DNA of 28,174 nucleotides from a virus (IMGVR_UViG_3300005512_000255:1-28174), one strand, 5' to 3'. Counted from the first letter of the stretch, positions 18,687-27,327 are shown. Notes: generated from the sequence alone by a model not told the origin. Made by a program: numbers and translations.

Positions 18687-18741
18687 TTTATTTAATTTAT
18701 TGAATTTGATTTAATTATATTTTTTATATATTACGCATTAT

Positions 18742-18764
18742 ATGAATGGTTCAAATCCATTCAT
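18742..18764. repeat. Perfect 8-bp inverted repeat immediately after the fibre gene stop
   Basis: ATGAATGG-TTCAAAT-CCATTCAT. Confidence 0.55.
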
Positions 18765-18765
18765 T

Positions 18766-21700
18766 TTAATTTATTTTAAATGCCATATATATATAAGTGT
18801 CGCCATTAAAATTAACTGAATCACTTGTTGAAGTTGATGGAAATGTAAATCCATCTGATGTAAAGTTTACGGTTACTAATGTGTTGCTTCCTTCCGATGC
18901 TGATAAATCTGGTATTAAATATTTATCTCCACCTCTAACAGAATCATAAAGAACCCAAACACCTGTACCGCTTGTTCGTTTTACTAATAAAAAGTCAGGT
19001 TGGAAACCAAGTCCTGTAATACTATTAGTTGTACCTGTCCCAGTATAACTTCCAATCTTGCTATATCCAGATACTGAATGGAAACAGTAATTTATATAAT
19101 CAATACCACTTTCATTAGCACTTCTTTCTGCTGTACCTGAAACATAAAATTTAGTTGCATCAGGTTGTGTATTTCCCCATTCGTTACTATTAGTTGCAAC
19201 AGCATTAGTTAAATTTAAATACATATATTTACCAGCACCCCCTAAAACAGTTCCACCAATTCTCCAATTACTCGTACCATAAGTTGAAGGATTGGTAATA
19301 GATTTTTGAATAATAAGTTCTGGAGCGGCTGATAATCCGTGTCCAATACTTGTTAAAGATGTTAAACCATCTCCAATATATTTCACTATACTAAATCCTG
19401 CATTAGCATTTGCACTAACTATTGAATCTATAGTACCTTCTGTGTTTATTGTCGGTTCATTATCATCAGCTTTCCACGCCCAAGCTACTAAATCATCATT
19501 ATTAAAATTAACAGAAGCCCCTGTACCTAAACTAAAACCATTAGAGTCAAAAGAAGTTATTTCAGTAGAAGCTATGGTTTCTGCATTTGTTAAATTTGAA
19601 CGAAGTATGCTATTAGAACCCCTTACAGAATCTGATAAAGTATGATTAATTGGGAAAGGAAGATTTGTTCTTGACTTTATCCAAACTAAAGAAGGACTAA
19701 ATCCTAATCCATCAATAGACCTTGCTGAACCAGTACCTGTATAAGCTACTGTAGTAAAACTTTTTGCTACTGTTGGTGCTTCTGTGTCAGGGTCTGCAGC
19801 AAATGCCATATAGATAAATGTTTCACCGCTTTTATTTTCACTATTACTTGTGTGTACTTGAAAACCATTTGACAAAAATGTAACAAGAGGATTAGCAGTT
19901 GGACCTCCCTCTGCTGCACTTGAATTTGCAATTAAATAATTTTTACCACTTCTTTTCTTATCATATAACATCCAATCTGTTATAAAAGATGTACCTTTAA
20001 TTAACAAAAATTCCACTTCGAATCCAGTTTCTATACTTTGTGTTGTTCCTGTACCTGTGTATGAGCCAAACTTTGAGAAATTTTCGACTTCTGCAAAACA
20101 ATATGCTATAAATGTCCCCCCAACATTAAGAGTCCAACCATCAGTAATAGAAAAAACTGATGATGTAGGTGCAGAATTACCCCAAACTTCAGATGATGTT
20201 GCTTTTGCATTACTATTATTTAAGATTAAATAATCTTGAGCAGTATTAGAAAAACTTTGATGCCACACAGGCCAACCAGCAATACCATTTGTTTGCTTTA
20301 TTATAATTAGAGCAGGTGTTGTACCAAGACCGTGACCAAAACTATTAACAGTAGGATAACCACCTGAAGATGTCCCTTGAACAATACTAAAACCCGCTTG
20401 CTCGTTGACTTGTACTGTACTTGTATTACTTCCATCAGTATTGGTGCTTGTAGTTCCTCCGTTTGCTTTTAGACACCAAGCAACATAATCAGTACCAGTA
20501 TCATTTGTTTCATTGTTATTAGCTAAAGTAAAACCACCTGCATCAAATGATGTAAATCTTGTACTTGTGAATTCTGCACCAGTACTATTTGAAGCTATAA
20601 CTTTATTCGTTCCTCTTGTACTATCAATCCAGTTGTGATTTTCAGCTAAAGGCCCTCTTTCTTTAATCCAAACTAAATCAGGAGTAAAGTTTAATCCGTA
20701 TTCGTATGAAACATTACTTGCAGTACCATCATAATTTCTTGTATCATCATTTGCATTTCCTTCAAATCTATAAGAAGCTACAAGTGAGTTTTCATTATAT
20801 AATGTAGTTACTTCACTTGCTGATATTGCTTTGTTAAATACTCTTAATTGGTCTATTTTAACATTCCAATAATCTGTATTAGATGAACGAGGAACACCTA
20901 CTGTCATTTCATTAAAAGCAGCAATATTTGAAGCAGCTCTACTTGAAGTTCCTGTATTAACTACATTATCAATATAAAGTTTTACAGCATTAGTTGTAGT
21001 ACTTCCATCCCAAGAAAATGCTACGTGATGCCAATTACCATCATTTAAACCTGTTGTAGAATGAGTAAAATTAAACTTATATCCAGCAAACCCTGAAGAA
21101 CCATCAGTAGTATCATATATTGCACAAGCAATAGCTCCACTTGCTTGGGTGTTAATAAAAAAGTTTGGGTCTGATGTACCATCGCTTAATCCAAAATGTG
21201 ACGTATAAAGTGTTGATTCAGTATATTTTGTCCAAAAAGAAACACTAAATGCTTGTTGTGAAACAGGATTAGTTGCTGTTAAATATGAAGAATCCCCTGA
21301 TGCTCCAGTAATATGAACACCTTGACCATATCTTCCTGCTGCATATTGAACACCACCAACGCTTGTAAAGTCATAGTTACCACTTAAATCTGTTTCATCA
21401 TTTTCAAATCTATAAGTAGCAATACAAGAACTATCTCCAAGTACTTGTAGTGTGTCTGTTGTATCTTCTGATAATGGGTCTAATGATTCTGGTGCTGTTT
21501 CTGCATATAGTGTTGAAACTTCTGATGAGGATAATTCTTTATAAAATACTCTTGCTTGGTCTAATTTACCCTCAAATAAATGATATGTAGGACCTGGACC
21601 TCCAAAATTATTTGCTCCACCTGGATTAATAGTACTTGTTTGAGTTGTAGTAAAAGTGCCACTTGCAACTTGAGAACCATTTAAATATATTTTAGCTGAA

Positions 21701-22140
21701 TTTCCTCCAGTATAAGTAAATACACAATGATTCCAAGTGTTTGCACTCATTTGTACTGATGATGTAATTGCTCCACCATCATTTGAATTTCTTGCAAATT
21801 TTAAATAACCATCATTAATACTACTAAACATTAAAGCTGTTATGTTTCCTGCTGCCGCATCAGCTCCAACTGAAAATATCCAAAAATCTGTATTATCCCA
21901 AGAGTTAGAACTAAAATTAGCAGCATTAACCCATATAGAAAGACTCATTTCTGTAGGCCCTGACAAACCGTGAGTTATAACATTTCCAGATTGATAATAA
22001 ACAGCTGCACCAAACTTACCTCCGTTAATAGAATGTGATGATGTACCATCTCCTTCGTATAATACTACTCCAAAGTGTTCTGATGGTGTAATTCCTCCCG
22101 CTCCTGGTGGTTTAACCAATAATCTTTTATTAATTGCCAT
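18766..22140 (-). CDS. Tail fibre / receptor-binding protein with two LamG (concanavalin A-like) domains and two repeated beta-rich units
   Basis: 1124 aa. LamG motifs SLSIWVN...NTWNHCVFTY...KIYLNG...GKLDQARVFYKELS and FSVSFWTK...DGNWHHVAFSWDG...IDQLRVFNKAIS. Repeats of PDLVWIK.R...YVAWC/W.A...AGFSIV...HGL..P...YCF..V...SKFGSYTG...G.T.IYMAF. Confidence 0.8.
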   Translation of the reverse strand: MAINKRLLVKPPGAGGITPSEHFGVVLYEGDGTSSHSINGGKFGAAVYYQSGNVITHGLSGPTEMSLSIWVNAANFSSNSWDNTDFWIFSVGADAAAGNITALMFSSINDGYLKFARNSNDGGAITSSVQMSANTWNHCVFTYTGGNSAKIYLNGSQVASGTFTTTQTSTINPGGANNFGGPGPTYHLFEGKLDQARVFYKELSSSEVSTLYAETAPESLDPLSEDTTDTLQVLGDSSCIATYRFENDETDLSGNYDFTSVGGVQYAAGRYGQGVHITGASGDSSYLTATNPVSQQAFSVSFWTKYTESTLYTSHFGLSDGTSDPNFFINTQASGAIACAIYDTTDGSSGFAGYKFNFTHSTTGLNDGNWHHVAFSWDGSTTTNAVKLYIDNVVNTGTSSRAASNIAAFNEMTVGVPRSSNTDYWNVKIDQLRVFNKAISASEVTTLYNENSLVASYRFEGNANDDTRNYDGTASNVSYEYGLNFTPDLVWIKERGPLAENHNWIDSTRGTNKVIASNSTGAEFTSTRFTSFDAGGFTLANNNETNDTGTDYVAWCLKANGGTTSTNTDGSNTSTVQVNEQAGFSIVQGTSSGGYPTVNSFGHGLGTTPALIIIKQTNGIAGWPVWHQSFSNTAQDYLILNNSNAKATSSEVWGNSAPTSSVFSITDGWTLNVGGTFIAYCFAEVENFSKFGSYTGTGTTQSIETGFEVEFLLIKGTSFITDWMLYDKKRSGKNYLIANSSAAEGGPTANPLVTFLSNGFQVHTSNSENKSGETFIYMAFAADPDTEAPTVAKSFTTVAYTGTGSARSIDGLGFSPSLVWIKSRTNLPFPINHTLSDSVRGSNSILRSNLTNAETIASTEITSFDSNGFSLGTGASVNFNNDDLVAWAWKADDNEPTINTEGTIDSIVSANANAGFSIVKYIGDGLTSLTSIGHGLSAAPELIIQKSITNPSTYGTSNWRIGGTVLGGAGKYMYLNLTNAVATNSNEWGNTQPDATKFYVSGTAERSANESGIDYINYCFHSVSGYSKIGSYTGTGTTNSITGLGFQPDFLLVKRTSGTGVWVLYDSVRGGDKYLIPDLSASEGSNTLVTVNFTSDGFTFPSTSTSDSVNFNGDTYIYMAFKIN

Positions 22141-22622
22141 TAATCAATGTTTGGAAAATCATACCTTACAACCGCTTTCTTAGTTGTGAGCGCATTGATT
22201 TCTGTTTCTACTGTATCTAATTGTGCTAATAAGCCTGCTCTAGCATCTTGTACTTCTTGTGGTATATCAATACTTCTTTCTACTTTTCTAGTTACATACC
22301 AGTCAGTAACTGTAAGTTTGCTCCCTATTTGACCTTTAAAATTATTGATTGCTCTTTCTTTTAATTCTGTTAAAGTTTCACTCCAAGTAATATCTTCTGC
22401 ATCTTTTCTAAATACTGAAGCTGCTGAATCAAAATATATTTCTCCAAGTGTGTGTATTCTTGAATCATAATTCTCATCTATGATTACATCAAATAAACCA
22501 GCATTGCGAAGTTCATCCGCAGTCATTCCTCTTGCGTTTAAGTGATAACCTGTTGATGACCTAAATTTTGCAGGTACATCTGGGTAAGTTGTGATAATTC
22601 CGTTGTTATTTACTGCTTTCAT
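22140..22622 (-). CDS. Putative tail fibre assembly chaperone (Tfa-like)
   Basis: 160 aa from ATG 22622 (MKAVNNNG...), just after the upstream stop at 22624. C-terminal LTVTDWYVTRKVERSIDIPQEVQDARAGL resembles the Tfa-type DW motif; TAATG-coupled to the fibre gene. Confidence 0.55.
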   Translation of the reverse strand: MKAVNNNGIITTYPDVPAKFRSSTGYHLNARGMTADELRNAGLFDVIIDENYDSRIHTLGEIYFDSAASVFRKDAEDITWSETLTELKERAINNFKGQIGSKLTVTDWYVTRKVERSIDIPQEVQDARAGLLAQLDTVETEINALTTKKAVVRYDFPNID

Positions 22623-22623
22623 A

Positions 22624-23178
22624 TTATACTGCTTCTTGAGATATTGTTGCCCATTGTTCTGTAGAACCATTAGTTGATACTACTTGAATTAAATTAGAAA
22701 CTGTACCATCGTACGTTCCTGTAATTTCTTTTACACTCGCTGGCAATGTTAAAGTATAATTACCAGTAATTACTAAATCTATTACCATACCAGTTGATAC
22801 ATTAGAAAACGTAAGTGTGGTGTTTGCGGTTAATGTTTTAGTATGCACCGCTGCTGTTGACCAATCTACATCACTTGCTGATATTGCTGCTGCTGTTGTA
22901 AATTCTGCACCTAATTTTGCATAAGTAATTTGGTCATCTGCTATATGCACTGTGTCTATTGCTCCATCAGCTATTTTATCTGAATCTACTGCATCATTAG
23001 CAATTGTAACTGCTCCGGCTGACATAGATATATCTCCAGTTATTGATAATGTAGAACCATCACCTAATAAGGAATACAACTCATTAGTGTTGTCATTTAT
23101 TTTATCAGCTCCGTCTCTTAGTGTATCACCAGTGCCGTCGTTTGCCGCACTACCTATATTTATTGTTTGTTTTGCCAT
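22624..23178 (-). CDS. Short fibre/adapter protein with a T4 gp9/gp10-like N-terminus
   Basis: 184 aa. KQTINIGSAANDGTGDTLRDGADKINDNTNELYSLLGDG, three 10-aa ADxAI/V repeats, and an AEFTT...ANTT C-terminal domain paralogous to 25866..26375. Confidence 0.7.
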   Translation of the reverse strand: MAKQTINIGSAANDGTGDTLRDGADKINDNTNELYSLLGDGSTLSITGDISMSAGAVTIANDAVDSDKIADGAIDTVHIADDQITYAKLGAEFTTAAAISASDVDWSTAAVHTKTLTANTTLTFSNVSTGMVIDLVITGNYTLTLPASVKEITGTYDGTVSNLIQVVSTNGSTEQWATISQEAV

Positions 23179-23188
23179 TACTTAATTA

Positions 23189-23449
23189 TTAATATTGTGT
23201 TGCATCCATTGTTAATGCATTACTATCAAATGTTTTTAAAGAACTGTCTAATGTAAGCGGATAATCTGGTCCTACATCAATCCAGCTTGTTCCATCATAT
23301 GCTTCTAATTTTGTAGTTGTTGTATTAAACCTAATATAACCAGCTGAAGCGCTTCCAGGTCTTTGCGCAGTAGTCCCTGTAGGAATTTGCAAATAATCTG
23401 TAGCTTCCGTAAACTTTAATAATCCTTGCTCTATCTTAGTTTGTGCCAT
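23189..23449 (-). CDS. Mini fibre-domain protein (PTGTTAQRP motif), copy 2, with C-terminal extension
   Basis: 86 aa. IPTGTTAQRP...GYIRFNTTTTKLEAYDGTSW plus LTLDSSLKTFDSNALTMDA. Confidence 0.75.
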   Translation of the reverse strand: MAQTKIEQGLLKFTEATDYLQIPTGTTAQRPGSASAGYIRFNTTTTKLEAYDGTSWIDVGPDYPLTLDSSLKTFDSNALTMDATQY

Positions 23450-23456
23450 TGTTCAA

Positions 23457-23636
23457 TTATATATTAAACCAGCCTGTACCATTATATATTTCTAGTTTGG
23501 CTGTAGTTGTATTAAATCTAATATTTCCTGCACTTGGCGAACTAGGTCTTTGAGCTGTTGTGCCAGTTGGTATTTTTAAATAATCAGTTGCTTCTGTAAA
23601 TTTTAATAAACCTTGTTCTATCTTAGTTTGTGCCAT
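23457..23636 (-). CDS. Mini fibre-domain protein (PTGTTAQRP motif), copy 1; missed by the ORF track
   Basis: 59 aa: MAQTKIEQGLLKFTEATDYLKIPTGTTAQRPSSPSAGNIRFNTTTAKLEIYNGTGWFNI. First 20 aa identical to copy 2, with synonymous differences. Confidence 0.8.
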   Translation of the reverse strand: MAQTKIEQGLLKFTEATDYLKIPTGTTAQRPSSPSAGNIRFNTTTAKLEIYNGTGWFNI

Positions 23637-23647
23637 TTATTAATTAT

Positions 23648-24034
23648 TTAACTTGGTTCTATTATTTCGTAAGGATCTTTTTCAATCCAATTTGTATTTT
23701 CTTCGTCCCATTCATATACTATTGTAGTATCACTTGGATAAGGCACAGGCGGTTGCCATTCATAATTTTCATCTAACACCCAACTTGCAAAAGGTTGTGG
23801 CTCATAAAAAGCGTCATTTTCACTATCCCATATATAACCTTTACCTGCATAATTATATCTAAAATTTCCATTATATGATGTTTGTACAAAATTTCGATGA
23901 CCATATAAACTTTCACAAAAATCTATACCTTTTATTTCTTGTTCATTATTATCTGTGTCTAATAATTCGTTATTATTTATTACAATTACCTGTACTACTA
24001 TATTATTATCGTTTATTTCTGCAAAATGCGCCAT
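23648..24034 (-). CDS. MAHF/Y-family acidic protein accompanying a Gly-rich fibre (putative chaperone or partner), copy B
   Basis: 128 aa. MAHFAEI...QTSYNGNFRYNYAGKGYIWDSENDAFYEPQPFASWVLDE..WQPPVPYP; paralog of 26961..27326. Confidence 0.7.
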   Translation of the reverse strand: MAHFAEINDNNIVVQVIVINNNELLDTDNNEQEIKGIDFCESLYGHRNFVQTSYNGNFRYNYAGKGYIWDSENDAFYEPQPFASWVLDENYEWQPPVPYPSDTTIVYEWDEENTNWIEKDPYEIIEPS

Positions 24035-24056
24035 TTTAATTTATTTTTATTTATTA

Positions 24057-24064
24057 CAAATTTA
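24057..24064 (-). promoter_or_regulatory. Possible Bacteroidota-type -7 promoter element (TAnnTTTG)
   Basis: Intergenic TAAATTTG, 22 nt before ATG 24034. No clear -33 TTTG element, so weak. Confidence 0.25.
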
Positions 24065-24072
24065 TTTAATTT

Positions 24073-25866
24073 TTAACTATGCACGTATGTACCACTTCCT
24101 GTAAATTTTATTATTGTATCACTACCTGATGTTGTAACGGTTGGTGAACCTGTTGTTGTACCGCTGTATGAACTTGTTGGCATTCTAAGTATTACTACCC
24201 CTGAGCCACCATTTCCACCTGCATAAAAACCTCCGTTATATGATGAAGCTCCTCCTCCTGCACCAGTATTAGCTGTAGCTGCAGAACCTGCATTTCCATT
24301 ACCTGATGCAGTTCCTCCGTTACCTCCTCCATATGCTCCAGTTCCAGCTGTCCCACTACCTCCAGCAAAGTTAGCGCCACCACCACCTCCACCTGCGTAA
24401 TTTACAGATGAGCCTGTGATAGATGAAGCTAAACCAGTACCACCATTACCAGCACCACTTGATGTTGCGTTTGAACCATTAGCAGTAGCACCTCCACCTC
24501 CTCCACCATGTTCAGTACCTGATGCTCCTGCACCACCATTATAACCTTGATTTACCATACCATATCTTGCGTCACCACCATAACTGTTTCCACCACCTGA
24601 ACCTCCGTTGTTTTCTACAACTTTACCTGATGCAACATAAGCAGAATCTTCAAAATATACACCACCACCTCCTCCAATACATTGAATTATCGGTGAATTA
24701 CTATATACAATTTTTGACTCATTTCCTCTTGTACCATTTTTTGTGCTTCCTGTTGTAGTCGTGTTTGTTGCTCCTGCACCTACTGTAATTGTATATGTAC
24801 CAGATTGTAAAGCAAATTTAGCTTCAACACCTGAATTACCACCTGTTGCAGTTGAACCATAAGATGTTCGACAGCCCCCTGCACCACCACCCCCTCCGTG
24901 CCCTGTTGCTCCTGAACCACCACCAGCTATAACAAGATAGTCAAAATATGTAGGTGTAATTCCATATGCAAATGAACCACTTGTATTAAATTTTAATACT
25001 GTATCTGTTCCGTCTGTAGTTACTGTTGTGCTACCTGTTGTAACAACGTGAGAATGGTTTTCAGTTGGGTATCTGAATATACATACTCCGTGACCACCAC
25101 GTCTACCTGCACCATCAGTAGCTTTTACACCACCTGCTCCACCACCTTTACCATCTGTACCGTCTTGATTTTTATCTCCACCACCGTCACCTACACCTGC
25201 AGAACTACTGTAATTATAACCTACACCATAACCACCATTACCACCTCCTGCATAACCAACACTAGAACCTGTTATTGACACGTGAACACCTGCACCACCT
25301 TGTACGTCGTTTCCAGGTGAAGCGCCAGCACCTCCCCCACCACCAGTTTTGTATGTTACTGGAAAGTTACCACCTTGACCTGATGTCATATAACCACCAG
25401 CATAACCTTGACCCGATGTACCAGCACCGGCATCTGATGAAGTTTGATCATATCCGGACCCACCACCACAACCACCGTCTAATCCAGGTGTTCCGGGGTT
25501 AGATGAGTGGGTTAATGATTCACCTTGACCACTTCCTCCTCCACCTAATACATTATAACTATTTGGGCCTGTAAAAGCTGATGATAAACCATTTAATCCT
25601 TGTGTGTATTTACCTTTATTTCTACCTCCACCAAAACCTACATTTATATTATATACATCATTTGGTTGTATTGTAATGTCAGTTTCTGCACTAGCACCAC
25701 CGCCTGATGTACTTCCGTATGATGTACGTAGACCACCAGCGCCTCCTCCACCTCCACCAGTTGGCCCTGATGATGAACCACCACCACCACCTACAATTAA
25801 CCACTCCATAGTAAACTGTGTAATTGTTTCAGCTAATAATCCAAAATTTATACCTTGTCCAAACAT
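24073..25866 (-). CDS. Glycine-rich fibre/spike protein with two tandem Gly-rich domains
   Basis: 597 aa. Two units starting EWLIVGGGGG...GGGAGGLRTSYG and DYLVIAGGG...GGGAGGCRTSYG, each ending GGxGVxIxR(Y/M)PT...TDT(V/I)(L/I)KF. Confidence 0.8.
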   Translation of the reverse strand: MFGQGINFGLLAETITQFTMEWLIVGGGGGSSSGPTGGGGGGAGGLRTSYGSTSGGGASAETDITIQPNDVYNINVGFGGGRNKGKYTQGLNGLSSAFTGPNSYNVLGGGGSGQGESLTHSSNPGTPGLDGGCGGGSGYDQTSSDAGAGTSGQGYAGGYMTSGQGGNFPVTYKTGGGGGAGASPGNDVQGGAGVHVSITGSSVGYAGGGNGGYGVGYNYSSSAGVGDGGGDKNQDGTDGKGGGAGGVKATDGAGRRGGHGVCIFRYPTENHSHVVTTGSTTVTTDGTDTVLKFNTSGSFAYGITPTYFDYLVIAGGGSGATGHGGGGGAGGCRTSYGSTATGGNSGVEAKFALQSGTYTITVGAGATNTTTTGSTKNGTRGNESKIVYSNSPIIQCIGGGGGVYFEDSAYVASGKVVENNGGSGGGNSYGGDARYGMVNQGYNGGAGASGTEHGGGGGGATANGSNATSSGAGNGGTGLASSITGSSVNYAGGGGGGANFAGGSGTAGTGAYGGGNGGTASGNGNAGSAATANTGAGGGASSYNGGFYAGGNGGSGVVILRMPTSSYSGTTTGSPTVTTSGSDTIIKFTGSGTYVHS

Positions 25867-26375
25867 TAACTTGCTATTTGACTAATACTATACCAAAATT
25901 CAGTTGCACCTACACATGTTATTTGATAAAAATTCTTTTTAGAACTAGTATCGTCATATGTACCTGCTATTTTATTAAACGTTCCACTCGAACCACCTAC
26001 TGTCCATGTATCCGCTGTATAACTACTTCCCGCTCCTGTTACTATCATTGTTTTTGTAATTCCTATTTTAGGGTTGGTTATGTTAAAAGTAGTATTCGCA
26101 TTAGGTGTTAAAGTAAATACTTGTGCTGAATCAAAATCTACATCTACAGTAGCACCTGCTGTTAACGCGCTACTTGTAGTAAATTCTGCATCTACTTTTT
26201 CAAAACTTACTGCATCATCTGCAAGTTTAGCTGCTGTAATGTTTGCATCCGTTATTTTAGCTGTAGTTACTGCATCATCTGCTAATTTAGCTGTTGCTAT
26301 TGCACCATCTGCAATACTCGATGCTGATACTGCATTATCTGCTAATACGTTTGCTGTTACTTTTGTTATTGGCAT
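25866..26375 (-). CDS. Short fibre/adapter protein with 10-aa repeats
   Basis: 169 aa. Five ADxAV/I..xK(L/I) decamers, then AEFTT...DVDF...ANTTFNITN...WYSISQ; TAATG-coupled to the Gly-rich gene. Confidence 0.7.
   Translation of the reverse strand: MPITKVTANVLADNAVSASSIADGAIATAKLADDAVTTAKITDANITAAKLADDAVSFEKVDAEFTTSSALTAGATVDVDFDSAQVFTLTPNANTTFNITNPKIGITKTMIVTGAGSSYTADTWTVGGSSGTFNKIAGTYDDTSSKKNFYQITCVGATEFWYSISQIAS
26201..26345. repeat. Degenerate 30-bp coding tandem repeat (about 5 units)
   Basis: tgcatcatctgc at 26211 and 26271, tgcaccatctgc at 26301, tgcattatctgc at 26331; encodes the ADDAV decamers. Confidence 0.7.
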
Positions 26376-26950
26376 AATGTTTTATTTAAAGTTTTATAAT
26401 CATCAAAATATATCATATTCGTTTTGTTAGGATATTGATTTCTTAAAAATCTACCTAAGTGACGGGAACTATAATCCGTGTCTATAGAAGCTTCTTTTGC
26501 GTTTTTATATATTTTCATGGTTTTTGTATTAATCACTTTTTTAGATTTTGATATACTTATTTTTTCTTTTATTTCATTTGTTTTTTTTACCCCATACATA
26601 TATGATTTTTCTCCTTTATTATTATTGCTAATCTTTTTTTTATGTCCTTCAGTTAAAAAAATGCTACCCCCTTTTAAACAGGAATCACCCCCGTCAGTAA
26701 GATTACATAAAATACCAGTACCAATATCCTTTCTTCCATATAATTTTATAAACTCTATTTCTTTTTTTTTAGCAAAATCTTCATCAATATCATCAAATAG
26801 TATTTCAACCTCGTAATCTGTTAGATTTACAATATTATTCCAATAATCATTTCTACCATGCCTTGTATATGGTCTTCTATTATTTTTACTTATACCTATA
26901 TAAAACGGTATATTTTTATCTAATCTTATATGTCTATAAACGCAAGCTAT
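26366..26950 (-). CDS. Free-standing GIY-YIG homing endonuclease with NUMOD-type DNA-binding tail; starts with ATA (non-canonical start or start-codon loss)
   Basis: The frame of the track ORF 26366..26599 is open up to ATA 26950 (in-frame TAA at 26959-26957): (I)ACVYRHIRLDKNIPFYIGISKNNRRPY...KEIEFIKLYGRKDIGTGILCNLTDGGD...TEGHKKKIS...KGEKSYMYG.KKTNEIKEKIS...KKVINTKTMKIYKNAKEAS; 194 aa. Confidence 0.8.
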   Translation of the reverse strand: MACVYRHIRLDKNIPFYIGISKNNRRPYTRHGRNDYWNNIVNLTDYEVEILFDDIDEDFAKKKEIEFIKLYGRKDIGTGILCNLTDGGDSCLKGGSIFLTEGHKKKISNNNKGEKSYMYGVKKTNEIKEKISISKSKKVINTKTMKIYKNAKEASIDTDYSSRHLGRFLRNQYPNKTNMIYFDDYKTLNKTLCQ

Positions 26951-26960
26951 TTTTGTTTAT

Positions 26961-27326
26961 TTATTCTAATTCCCAATTTTGTAAATTTTCATTCCAAATA
27001 TATTCTTGATTATCATTTGGATATTCTACGGGTGCTTCCCATAAACAGCTATCTTCATTTAATATCCAGCTATCATATGGTTTTGGTGGTATAAACGCAT
27101 CTCTTGTGCTATCATACGTATATCCTATACCCGCAAAATTTTTTCTAAAAGGTACATCTCCATTTTTATGTACGCCTCCTATTGTGTTACAGGATGTTCT
27201 TTTGCATATTTGAGTTTTTATATTTTGATAATATAATTCCCAATTTGTATTGGTATCATTTTCATTTCTCCCTTCTATAACTTCGGTTACGATATTATCC
27301 ATATTTAAAAATGCGTAATGTGCCAT
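26961..27326 (-). CDS. MAHF/Y-family protein accompanying a Gly-rich fibre, copy A
   Basis: 121 aa. MAHYAFL...FRKNFAGIGYTYDSTRDAFIPPKPYDSWILNEDSCLWEAPVEYP. Confidence 0.7.
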   Translation of the reverse strand: MAHYAFLNMDNIVTEVIEGRNENDTNTNWELYYQNIKTQICKRTSCNTIGGVHKNGDVPFRKNFAGIGYTYDSTRDAFIPPKPYDSWILNEDSCLWEAPVEYPNDNQEYIWNENLQNWELE

Positions 27327-27327
27327 A

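Noticed and set aside
22623-22670. Extended N-terminus (MVLQNNGQQ...) of the track ORF 22140..22670
   Set aside because: It overlaps the upstream gene. The ATG at 22622, just after that gene's stop, is the more plausible start.
24195-24392. Minus-strand alternate-frame ORFs in the Gly-rich genes (24195..24392; also 27582..27770)
   Set aside because: Val/Glu-rich products are the automatic +1 reading of GGT/GGA runs, which rarely generate stops; no codon anomaly like that in terL.
26201-26345. 30-bp periodic repeat as a CRISPR array
   Set aside because: Degenerate in-frame coding repeat with no spacers.
26366-26960. Group I intron surrounding the endonuclease
   Set aside because: Flanking genes are complete with their own start and stop, and there is no non-coding room (10-nt gap, 10-nt overlap) for a ribozyme core.
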